From Oopsacas minuta (lineage: Eukaryota; Animalia; Porifera): a stretch of 64,000 bases of DNA. Under the pieces are notes generated by a model. That model saw only the letters and a program-made list of their open reading frames with translations, was not told the origin of the DNA and ran no database searches. The position numbers and the translations under genes are program-made. The DNA is taken from contig JAKMXF010000001.1 in assembly GCA_024704765.1 (NCBI GenBank), positions 1 to 64,000 of the forward strand. The letters are read 5' to 3'. Shown in pieces: positions 44,201 to 54,507 of this stretch; the first letter of the stretch is position 1, and every line of letters begins with the position of its first letter.

Positions 44201-47200
44201 GTGGGATGTAGTGGTGTGTTAGGTTAATTTACAACATTCTAGACATAATGATGGTGTTACAGATAGTAAATAATGGTCTAAACAGCAATTATGAATAATT
44301 TATGATCACCTTTCTGGGTGAAGAAAAGCTAATTTCTATTTATTTCAAGTCCTTATGATGGAATTATGGGTCAGTTAATTATTCATTAAATATTTTGAGG
44401 TGAAATGCAACATCCCTATGCAATATATCAATGTTTTATTCTCTTGCTCAATTACATGTTACAATTTCAAATCGCCATTTCACAGCCAATAATTGCACCA
44501 TTTCAGATAGGTTACAATGATGGATAAGAAACGAACGTTATCTCAGCTGTTACACTAGAAACGTTTTTACCAAATAGCTTAATTAGTTCATATTAATATG
44601 AGTGTTAAGAATTTATTAAAATATGAGATTAGCTTACAGTGATTAAGTGTTAATTAAGTTGAGTTGGGTATTAATAAGAATAATTATACAACAATTATAG
44701 TATGAGTATATTCATTTTTAGATCCACAAATTACTTTATATTATTCTGATACGAGACACACTTACAGAGGACAGTCTGCCGCAAACTATCTGGAAATTCC
44801 AGTAGCTACAATAACCATCCGTCTCACTTGTGAGGGATCTGGTGTGAGATGGGTTACCCCTAGCTCTGAATCTGGTAACATCAATGATAACCAATGGGGA
44901 ACACTCACCATCAATTTGCTAACAGTAGGAGAAACTGGACTGTACAAATGTTACGGAGCTGAAGGAACATCTTCAGTGTACATCCAAGCAATGGGTATGT
45001 ATTGGTAGATATTAATTGTATGAATAAATATTAGTAAATTATTGCATAAATGATTTAGGTCTGGGAATGTATACTATACGAAGTGATAGAAATACTCCAG
45101 AGAGACTTTATCCTGGAAGAAACTACTTCATTGAAGATACACAAGATGTTAATTACGAATTTTTCTGTCTTATGAGCAACCCTTATTCCTCAAATGTGCC
45201 AAGTTGGACTTATCCTAAATACGTAATAGGAACAGTTCATGAAGATAGTTACGTCATAGAATCTGATGTAATACAAGCAATAACATCACTCAGGGTTATA
45301 GAGGATAATTGGAATATTCTACTAAGCGGGAGGTATACCTGTGTGGGAGAGGATATAGATGGAGTAGTCATGAATGTTAGCATCAATATATGGAGTCACG
45401 GTAAGAGTAAAGTACTACGTATGTATATTGCAATATGTAATACAGATAGATGTTTTAGACTTTGGAATTGTGTATATTATTTTGGGCTAGGTATTTAAAA
45501 TTGGTACAAAAGTCTTGAAATGTAATTTGATAAAATGTACTAGTATTATCTAAATATTATCTGTATAGCTACTCCAATCCAAAGAACAGCAATAACATCT
45601 GCACCCATTACACTCACATATCCTGACAATGATATAACAGATAAGATGGTAGCAGACACTACAACAGTTGCTAGCACACAAACAGAGACTAAACAACCAA
45701 CTTCTACTCCAACTAACACTGAGATAGTTATAGAAGAAATAACTTCAACTACAACTGATTATGGTAAGGATGAATTGATAATTTTATAGAAATTAATCCT
45801 ATATTAGATGCAGTGAAATATAAGAGTAATTACTTCTTGTATAGGCTATAGAAATTAATATGTATATCGATGTGTTGAATTAATTTCAACTTGAATCAGA
45901 CAAAACAAGACTTATGGTTATATTGCACTAGCACCTACACTAATGCGCACACAAAAGTTAAAAATGTGAACTATCATTGTTATAGCTCGAATAGCAAGTC
46001 ATAACATGGCTGGTATAATCTATATTATTAAATCTCAAAATGTTGTTTGTCTGTTTGTTTGTCCGTTGTCAAGGAAAGGATTTACGGTATGCAATTTTGA
46101 AATTGTCGCATAACTATGTATTATCGTGCTTATCAAGGAAGTGAATAGAGTTTAATAAAACTTCACTAAATATATCCAACATGCTGAATCCGATTTTCAC
46201 ACTTTTGGATTATCTTGGGAAATCGATCAACAAACAAAGAAATTCCCCATGTAGCCTGTGTATTGTTCGTGCTCGGTATCCTTAATCATATGTAAATTTA
46301 TTGTTGTTTTATGAATATAAAGTAAAAAATTAGCAAATCTCCAAATTTACTTAGACATTTGCTCTCAAAGGGTACAAAGGAGATTTATCTTACAAAATAA
46401 TTTAATAATACATATGCCATATACGTATATTTGTGGATTACATTGTTCTAAATATATCTATATTATAAAACTCGTAGGCCGTCAATTGGAGGATAATGGA
46501 TACCTCGAGGCGGAATGTGCCGACTTCATCGCGAAGCAACGAGCCAAAGGCTCGTTAATGTATGAAATAATAACTAGCAATAATTATAGTATGACATAAT
46601 CTAAGAAGGGCAAATATGATTGAATTGTACAATACTTGTAATATAACTTGGCATAACAGTAGTTATATAAAATTAATAATAAGGAAAAATGATGGATAAA
46701 GTGAAAGAGATTCTGAATCTATATAATAAAAGTATCTTCTTCCCTGAGAATTTTTGGTAAGGTCCGTAGTTTTTAGACAGAGAATCTTCGAGATTAAGAT
46801 TTCAGAGACCCGTGACAGTTTGAGATAATGAAATATTTGTGAGCATACATCTAATAATGATGTATCGTATTTAGTCATCCAGCAGGTGCAATATGTGTAA
46901 ACGAATCGTTATTTTATGGATATAATTACCATATATGACTTTGGGAAGATAGAGATGCTATGAATAATACATTACATAAACTTATTGTATATAATCTAAA
47001 TGTGTACTGTAATCATAGCCCACTTTATAGTCTCTAGTATTTGAATTTATTTCAATTTTTAGAAATCACCACTAGTCAACCTGGCAACTTTCAGAAAGAA
47101 GATATTATGAGTAAGCTAGTAGCTAGCATATAGAAACTAATATACTCTATTACTGTATATATTTCCATTATATTATTAATAATACATTTTTAGTTAAAGC

Positions 47201-47528
47201 TGGCTTTGCACTAGCCCTGCTAGTAGCCGTACTTGGCTGGGTATTCTCTATGACGATTGTATGCTGTCTGTGGTGCTATATCAAGAAGAGAAGAGGATTG
47301 AAACGAGTTTCCTATAAAACTAGTGACAAATCTCTATCTTATGAAGAGGCTAATGGGAATTCAATTGAGAACCACTTAAATCCTCCAAGCAAAAAATTCT
47401 CATTTAACGGGTACTATCCGTGTACAATCAGAAATTTTGAGAAGGAACCTAGTCCCATAGGAAGCAACAGATTCTTACGTACCTCTACTCCTACTTATAG
47501 AGTCCAATCTCAGGAAATGTTGATTTAA
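41284..47528 (+). CDS. Six-exon type I membrane protein: signal peptide, Ig, Ig, Thr-rich stalk, TM, Tyr-containing tail (~425 aa)
   Basis: Exons 41284-41368, 44722-44994, 45059-45400, 45569-45763, 47063-47110, 47194-47528; all introns GT-AG and phase 1; total 1278 nt, in frame. Ig signatures C..W..L.I..G.Y.C in exon 2 and C..W..GRYTC in exon 3. Exon 1 assignment is the least certain. Confidence 0.75.
41734..41800 (+). repeat. 67-bp dispersed repeat, copy A (intron 1 of the Ig gene)
   Basis: 59/67 identical to 46219-46285. Confidence 0.85.
42594..44067 (-). CDS. Degenerate adenosine-deaminase-like barrel fused to a LOG-family phosphoribohydrolase; 1-nt frameshift at 43931-43933
   Basis: LOG motifs VAIFGG, ITGAYVGIMEAANSGA, QR and PGGVGTLAE. 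An upstream ORF 43897-44067 (MAIKP..APKLELYISP) joins the 437-aa ORF in frame if one A is removed, giving 490 aa. Confidence 0.75.
46219..46285 (+). repeat. 67-bp dispersed repeat, copy B (intron 4 of the Ig gene)
   Basis: 59/67 identical to 41734-41800. Confidence 0.85.
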
Positions 47529-48087
47529 TTAATCACACAAACTTCAAAACACATCTCTTACCATTCTTCAATAGAGAAAATTCCCGGTTATTATTCTTAT
47601 TGTATAATAATCGGTCAATTCAATGGAAGTGACTGGACTATTGTATTTGTAATAAATAGAATTTATGATTTTAATAAAAGATAATAATTGAGTTAGTCTA
47701 TCTCTGGGCTTATTAGGGGTTTAATTAGTTTGCTATATAGAAAATTGTAAGGGTAATGGATTTGCATGATTAGATACTAGCAAAACAACAATAGAAGAAT
47801 CTATCTTTACTAAAATATTTTCGGAAAATTGTTTACACGGTATGCTCTAATTATTATGTTCCGTCGGGGCGTCTTATAGGATAGGAAAACCCCCTCTACC
47901 CGCTAGGGGTGCTTAACCTAGAACAGCGCCTGAATTAGAACGAATACGTCAATAGGATATACGCCCATAATACTTAGATGAAAGAGAAATCTAGGTTATT
48001 GGTATCATACCGATTACTATGTTCGGATAATATTCTAAACGAAAATAGAAATTTACTTTATTACTTCAATCAAATATTTCTGCTAAC

Positions 48088-49131
48088 ATGGAAACAGAAA
48101 ATCTAATAAGCAATGGATTGCTAGAGCGATGTAGAGAGTATATGGGAGATTATTGGACTCTGAACAAACCCAATATATCTGTATCAGTTGTTACAGGTGG
48201 ATTAACAAATTCACTATTTCTACTCAAAATAGAATCTAATGATATAGGAAACATTCCAAACAGCCCAATATGTTGCTTGCTGAGAGTATTTGCTAATATC
48301 TGGTCACAAGAACAGGTAGCTACAAATAATGTCATAAGCACTGTCCTAGCGGAGAGAGGGTTCGGTCCAAAGATATATGGAGTCCTCCCAGGCATGGAAG
48401 GAAGATTAGAAGAGTTCTACTTTTGTCGACAACTCCATACATCTGAAATGATACCTAATTTTGATACTATTGCAGAGATTACTGGAAAGTTCAACAGACA
48501 AACATTACCTCTGCCTAAGAATGGAAATTTCCTCACTAACTCAATGCAGGGATTTCTTGAGAAGATTAATTGTACTCCAATCAAGATAGAAGCGAATAAA
48601 CACAATATAGAGCAATTAAGGAATGAAGTGAATTGGAAGGAGGAAATACAGTGGATGGGTGAGTACTTACGTTCAATTGGTTCTCCTCTCCTCTTATGTC
48701 ATAATGACATCAATGAGAGTAATTTACTTCTGCTAACTGACGGACAACTGAAGCTAATTGATTTTGAATTTGTGAGCTATAATTACAGGGGATTTGAATT
48801 AGCTCAGCTCTTTTACGAATGTTCTATAACCATGACATACCCTGACTACCCATATTTTAAACACTCCCCCGGTGATTATCCAAGTTACGAAGCGAGGAGG
48901 GAATTTGTGGCCAAATACTTAGCAGTATACCAGCCAGGTAATATTCCCTGTGAAGAAGAGATACACTCAGTAGTTCTAGAAGTTGAGAAGATGAAGATAG
49001 CAGTGGATTTATATTGGGTTCTATGGGCTATTGCAATGGCATTCACTGACGATAGATTCGGATATCCTGAGTATGCTCAGTTGAGGATTGATCTATATCG
49101 CTTGGAGAAAGCTAAGCTACCAATAACCTGA
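48088..49131 (+). CDS. Choline/ethanolamine kinase paralog 1
   Basis: TGGLTN, LLRVF, GPKIYG..GRLEEF, Brenner motif CHNDINESN, IDFEFVSYNYRGFEL. Confidence 0.9.
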   Translation: METENLISNGLLERCREYMGDYWTLNKPNISVSVVTGGLTNSLFLLKIESNDIGNIPNSPICCLLRVFANIWSQEQVATNNVISTVLAERGFGPKIYGVLPGMEGRLEEFYFCRQLHTSEMIPNFDTIAEITGKFNRQTLPLPKNGNFLTNSMQGFLEKINCTPIKIEANKHNIEQLRNEVNWKEEIQWMGEYLRSIGSPLLLCHNDINESNLLLLTDGQLKLIDFEFVSYNYRGFELAQLFYECSITMTYPDYPYFKHSPGDYPSYEARREFVAKYLAVYQPGNIPCEEEIHSVVLEVEKMKIAVDLYWVLWAIAMAFTDDRFGYPEYAQLRIDLYRLEKAKLPIT

Positions 49132-49895
49132 TGAGTAATTTAGCATCAATTTGATTACAGGATATTATGGACAATTGTCTCTAAATATGAGCATGATTAT
49201 TCACCTGAATCTCATTTAGGATGGACTATAGCATTTATGTATCATAATTTAAGTCTACATAGTATTAGGAGAGGGCGGTACAGACCAATCGTATATACTT
49301 ATTAGGATATAATGTTACCTCGTGCATAGTGCATAGCTCCAGTGATTCGTGCTATCATTATAAGGTCATTCAGTTAGGTGGTCGGTCATTAACATGACAC
49401 GAGTAAGAAATAGACAAATAGAAAAGCTAGATAAACTACTCTTTAATTGTGAAACAATTGAAATCAGCAGTACATATAAAAGTGCTAGTAATCAGTTAAC
49501 TATCAATGTGTCCCTCATATCAGTAGAGTATACACATCTCAAGTACTGGTTGATATATGCATTAAAGATCTAGAAATCTAGATTAGTGTAAAAGCCAGTA
49601 CGAGTAATGCATTGATTGGTAGTGACACATTGATAGTTATGTGATAATTAGCACTTCTATACTGTTAGATTCAAGTGATTCATTATTAAGGACTAAATAT
49701 CAATTAATGAGACAATATGTTGTGTCATGTCTACCTACAATAGTAGATCTGTATTAATTGGAGCACATTGACACTCCTGGTAGGATTCTCAGCACCATAT
49801 CTAACTTGTTGTATGACATATAACATTTTACCAGATGTAGCTCAGCTGGTATAGGATAACTAGACTTTATGGCAACATTAGTATATACTCTATAC

Positions 49896-49970
49896 CAGGG
49901 GTGTTCCAACTTTTAAATGTACGAGCCACTTGAATAAATAATTAGGCTCCGCCTTACGGGCCACAAATCA
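49896..49970. mobile_element. Single hAT-like terminus
   Basis: CAGGGGTGTTCCAAC preceded by CTCTATAC (hAT-type target) and followed by GAGCCAC..CGGGCCAC subterminal motifs. No partner TIR found. Confidence 0.4.
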
Positions 49971-50279
49971 TAGATCGCTTCTGGCTTTAGTTTAATCAAT
50001 TTCCAAGCTATACTATTTGACTTGATATTGTATTAACAATGGATTCTACTTGTAAATTCAGGTTATTGACTTAAATTATATTCTTTTAAAATTTAAATGG
50101 ATTCGAATCATTTGATGTCTCTTTGTGACTCAGCTTGTTTCTAGCAAGTGGACAATAGAACTGTTGTATGAGGATTCAACTACTTCTATTATAACAACCA
50201 TGGATACTTCACAACCATGAGGGTTTAACTAACTTCTATTTATTGCTTAAGCTAACCTGAAGCACTAAGGCCTAAGCTG

Positions 50280-50317
50280 TCGCGCAGCGACCTAGCAAGC
50301 GAAGCGCGATAGTTAGT
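50280..50317 (+). repeat. Helitron-like 3' end
   Basis: TCGCGCAGCGACCTAGCAAGCGAAGCGCGATAGTTAGT: GC-rich, ends in a CTAGT-like TTAGT; shares a 16-bp core with 30500-30515. Confidence 0.45.
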
Positions 50318-50516
50318 AATTACATGTATAAACTCACTCTTTCACACCCACTAGATTTAAGATTATCAGGAATAATGTTTTTGTATGTTCTATAATATTT
50401 GGCACACACCTAACTGCCATAATTTGATTTATTTTTGTAAATAATGCAAATTATTCATTCCCGCTACCTCAATACCATCAGTAACACAATAATTATAGCA
50501 CAGTTAACATTGCTTA

Positions 50517-51260
50517 TCATTTAACAGGTTGTAAATCGAAGAACAAGCTAGGGAAGTAGTATCTTGTTTGAGGAGCTTGTTGGTCTACCCATACCATCCC
50601 CTCCTTAATCAGATGCTCCATAACGTGGCTAGCTCTCTCTGTAGTCCAGTTAAGGGGCGGGGCAGTAAGAGTACTAATGGTCGTGTAGCCTGTAGCCTCA
50701 GCTTGCTGCATAGTGGTAGTATGATCCATGTTAAGCTCACCAGGAACTGATTGCACTAGTTTCTTACCACCTAGAGGAATTATCTTAAACCCATTCCCTA
50801 GAATTGATAACTTCTTAATTGCTCTTGTTAAATCGTCTAAACTGACATCTTGCTGCTGAGTCTTGCTCCTGGAGGCAATCACTCGCTTCCTCAGATCTTC
50901 AAGTGTTATCAAACCTCCGTTTAAGTCCCTGGTAGCTAAACATATCTCTATTATCTGTATCCCTACCTCGAAATAGAAGTCCCCCACTCCTAGAAGCGAG
51001 GCCCAGAAACCCTTACTAGAGGCCAGAGGATCAACACCGATACGAGCACACATTTGTTGAAACTGAGCTCTGAATTCTGGATTCTTTTTAATCTCATTTT
51101 TGTGTTTTGCTGCAAAAGTTTCCAAATAAGATCGGAAGGACTCAATCTGAGTACTGACGTGTGACATCTCTACATCAGCTATCTCTGCTCCTTTCTCTCC
51201 ATACTTTGCTTTCTCAAGCTTTTCTTTATTGATCGCTCCCAGTCCTCTTCTCCGAGCCAT
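50517..51260 (-). CDS. SNF8: ESCRT-II subunit SNF8/Vps22
   Basis: [67 protein letters not shown]. Confidence 0.95.
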   Translation of the reverse strand: MARRRGLGAINKEKLEKAKYGEKGAEIADVEMSHVSTQIESFRSYLETFAAKHKNEIKKNPEFRAQFQQMCARIGVDPLASSKGFWASLLGVGDFYFEVGIQIIEICLATRDLNGGLITLEDLRKRVIASRSKTQQQDVSLDDLTRAIKKLSILGNGFKIIPLGGKKLVQSVPGELNMDHTTTMQQAEATGYTTISTLTAPPLNWTTERASHVMEHLIKEGMVWVDQQAPQTRYYFPSLFFDLQPVK

Positions 51261-51760
51261 TCTAACAAACTAGCTAATAATAATTTTATTATACAATCAA
51301 ACCTGATAATAAGTGTAAGTGTGTAAGGGATTTTATATTCAGTTGGATACAGTTCGAGAGTTCCCCCGGGTACGAGCCCATGGAGCTGCTAATTGTATAC
51401 TGCATATAGAATATATGCAATATACAATAGGACTCATAAGAACTATGACATTATAGCTAATACCAACATCGTGAACATCAATCAACCTCGCACGGATATC
51501 TTTTCTAATTGTTTGCCTTCAATATAACGGGAGTTAACTGTGGGGCCAACTGATGCCCTCTAAAGTGTCCAATATGATACAAAAACTATCACAAGCTATG
51601 TATAACTATGTTATCATTGTCGTATTTTACATCATGTCCACTATGTATTACCCTACACTTTCACAATTCAGTGAATTTCAGTCAAATAGCTTTCAATAAT
51701 TTCCACTATTCAGTCAGATTGTATAACATTAGCGAGTAAAATGCACAATTGCTGAAATAA

Positions 51761-52831
51761 TTAGCTCTCTAATAACTTAGCCTTTTCAGATTTATACATG
51801 GACAGTCTAGTTTGTGCAAATTCTAGATAACAAAACGTAGCACGAGGTGACTCTATCATAGACAGAGCCCAGATGTATGCCAACATATCTGTTAGTATTC
51901 TACAACTCTCTATCTCTTCTACTATGCTCTCTATCTCAGCAATTGAATGAGTGATATTAGGTTGTAGTGCATGTAGATACATTCTAACAAACTTACATCT
52001 CATGTGGAAAGATGGATAAGCTGCTTCTGAGTAGGAGTAGTATGGAGGTTCTTTAACTGAGTAGTCAAATGCTGATTCCTTGAAAAGCTGAGCTATGTCA
52101 GCTCCTCTGTAATAGTAACTACTGAATTCAAAATCTATACACTTTATAGTTAACTCATCTCTGTCTGTGAGTAATAGGAGGTTAGCTTGACTGTAATCAT
52201 TATGACAGAACACTATAGGATAGTTGAGTTGTTTAAGATGTTGTTCTAACCAGTCTAACTCTTCCTCCCATTTCTTCTCACTCAACATTCCATTCAACAT
52301 ACTCTGTCTCTTGGAATCAGATAGACAAACTTCCTCAGTCTTCTTCAACCATCTTCTCATACATTTGAACACGAAGCTTGCATCCTTAGGTACTGGCATA
52401 TCCTGTAGATGCATCTCTGCTATAATTCTGGTAGTGTGTGTGAGAACATTCTCTTGATACAACTCTAGATTAGTTAGAGTTCTACACTGATAGAAATGTT
52501 CTAGTCTTCCTTGTGAGTGAGACAGGACTCCGTACAGCTTAGGAGCTAGTCCTCTCTCAGAGAGGATAGCGTAGACAATATTCTGAGTGATTATCTCTTC
52601 TTGTGACCAGATGTCAGAGAATAGTCTCAGAATGACAGTATCAGGAGTAGTAGCACTGGTAGAGGGTGTATGTTTCAGTTTTAGAATATACAGTTTATTA
52701 GTTTGTCCTTCTGTAATGGATTCTATATGGATTGGTGCTAGAGGTAGTGAGTACCAGTCTCCTCCCAGTAGTCTCCTACACATGAGTACTGTAGTGTCAG
52801 GAACTGGGATATCTACAGAAGTTGCCATCAC
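51761..52831 (-). CDS. Choline/ethanolamine kinase paralog 2
   Basis: TEGQTN, LAPKLYG, CHNDYSQAN, IDFEFSSYYYRG. Confidence 0.9.
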   Translation of the reverse strand: MMATSVDIPVPDTTVLMCRRLLGGDWYSLPLAPIHIESITEGQTNKLYILKLKHTPSTSATTPDTVILRLFSDIWSQEEIITQNIVYAILSERGLAPKLYGVLSHSQGRLEHFYQCRTLTNLELYQENVLTHTTRIIAEMHLQDMPVPKDASFVFKCMRRWLKKTEEVCLSDSKRQSMLNGMLSEKKWEEELDWLEQHLKQLNYPIVFCHNDYSQANLLLLTDRDELTIKCIDFEFSSYYYRGADIAQLFKESAFDYSVKEPPYYSYSEAAYPSFHMRCKFVRMYLHALQPNITHSIAEIESIVEEIESCRILTDMLAYIWALSMIESPRATFCYLEFAQTRLSMYKSEKAKLLES

Positions 52832-53895
52832 ACAAATACTTACTTGCTAATTTGATTAATAAATAATGTAAGGTCAAGGGTTGGTGGGCAAATTAACTTA
52901 GCTTTACACAGTTACACCATGTTACATCACCAGATTTTACCATACGTATACGTATTTGCAATTTGCATTAATTAATGGAAGTGTGACAATAGTCACAAAA
53001 CCATGCGATACACTCGAAATGGTCAGAGTCGAGTTTATTTACTAACAGAGTTTAGTATGCACTATCAGTACATCCAGTATCCATGCTTGCATATACTGGA
53101 TGGCATATTATGAAATCATTCTAGTACAGATTTACCTTGGATTGATGTAAGAAATGCCCAAGGACATGTACTCGAATTATAATACCTCATAATTTGACAT
53201 AATTGATAATATAATTAGTAATTACCAATAAATTTCATTTTGTAGCAAAATGGTAGAGTCTAATAGCAGTAGTGTAGATATCCCAGTTCCTGACACTACA
53301 GTACTCATGTGTAGGAGACTACTGGGAGGAGACTGGTACTCACTACCTCTAGCACCAATCCATATAGAATCCATTACAGAAGGACAAACTAATAAACTGT
53401 ATATTCTAAAACTGAAACATACACCCTCTACCAGTGCTACTACTCCTGATACTGTCATTCTGAGACTATTCTCTGACATCTGGTCACAAGAAGAGATAAT
53501 CACTCAGAATATTGTCTACGCTATCCTCTCTGAGAGAGGACTAGCTCCTAAGCTGTACGGAGTCCTGTCTCACTCACAAGGAAGACTAGAACATTTCTAT
53601 CAGTGTAGAACTCTAACTAATCTAGAGTTGTATCAAGAGAATGTTCTCACACACACTACCAGAATTATAGCAGAGATGCATCTACAGGATATGCCAGTAC
53701 CTAAGGATGCAAGCTTCGTGTTCAAATGTATGAGAAGATGGTTGAAGAAGACTGAGGAAGTTTGTCTATCTGATTCCAAGAGACAGAGTATGTTGAATGG
53801 AATGTTGAGTGAGAAGAAATGGGAGGAAGAGTTAGACTGGTTAGAACAACATCTTAAACAACTCAACTATCCTATAGTGTTCTGTCATAATGATT
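52195..53895. repeat. Perfect 623-bp inverted repeat (52195-52817 / 53273-53895) with a 455-bp spacer
   Basis: Line-by-line comparison found no mismatch; both arms measure 623 bp. Confidence 0.95.
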
Positions 53896-54335
53896 TATAC
53901 TCACAGAATATAATCAGACTACTAGACAAAGATGAGTTCAATATTCGTGTTATTGACTTTGATATGGCTTCATACAATTATAGAGGTTATGAATTTGCAC
54001 AGCTGTTCCATGACTTATTATTTGACTATTCGTGTACGGCGCATCCTGGCTTCAAGTACTTACCAGATCAGTACCCTTCTCTAGAGCAGAGACAGAATAT
54101 AGTCAGACTGTATTTACAGAGATTATATGACAGGGATACTACCAAGGAGGAAGTAGATCAGCTGGTGAATGAAATACAGCAGACAAGACTGTATTCTTGT
54201 CTGTTCGTGTTTTTATGGGGCTTGAGAGCCTCAGTGGTTTATAACTATCCTTTCGATTCTTTATACTTTGCTAAGGTATATCTTTCAATGTACAATACTG
54301 AGAAAGAAAGATTATCTAAACAAAAATTTGAATAA
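53250..54335 (+). CDS. Choline/ethanolamine kinase paralog 3
   Basis: Identical to paralog 2 from VDIP to CHND, then LYSQN..IDFDMASYNYRG. Confidence 0.9.
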   Translation: MVESNSSSVDIPVPDTTVLMCRRLLGGDWYSLPLAPIHIESITEGQTNKLYILKLKHTPSTSATTPDTVILRLFSDIWSQEEIITQNIVYAILSERGLAPKLYGVLSHSQGRLEHFYQCRTLTNLELYQENVLTHTTRIIAEMHLQDMPVPKDASFVFKCMRRWLKKTEEVCLSDSKRQSMLNGMLSEKKWEEELDWLEQHLKQLNYPIVFCHNDLYSQNIIRLLDKDEFNIRVIDFDMASYNYRGYEFAQLFHDLLFDYSCTAHPGFKYLPDQYPSLEQRQNIVRLYLQRLYDRDTTKEEVDQLVNEIQQTRLYSCLFVFLWGLRASVVYNYPFDSLYFAKVYLSMYNTEKERLSKQKFE

Positions 54336-54507
54336 CTACGCGTAGATATTAAAGCTTGAATCCTTGAGTTATTTATTACATATTATATCAAGTTAGTGTG
54401 AAAATTGAATTGAATAGTCAGTGGTTTCTGAATTAACGAAAGTCCACTGCATATTCAATACAATTTCTATATATCTCTACGATCCTAGTGTATATATCAA
54501 AATTGTA

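Noticed and set aside
49831-49880. Pol III A-box (TAGCTCAGCTGG)
   Set aside because: No B-box or T-arm follows, so it is not a tRNA gene.
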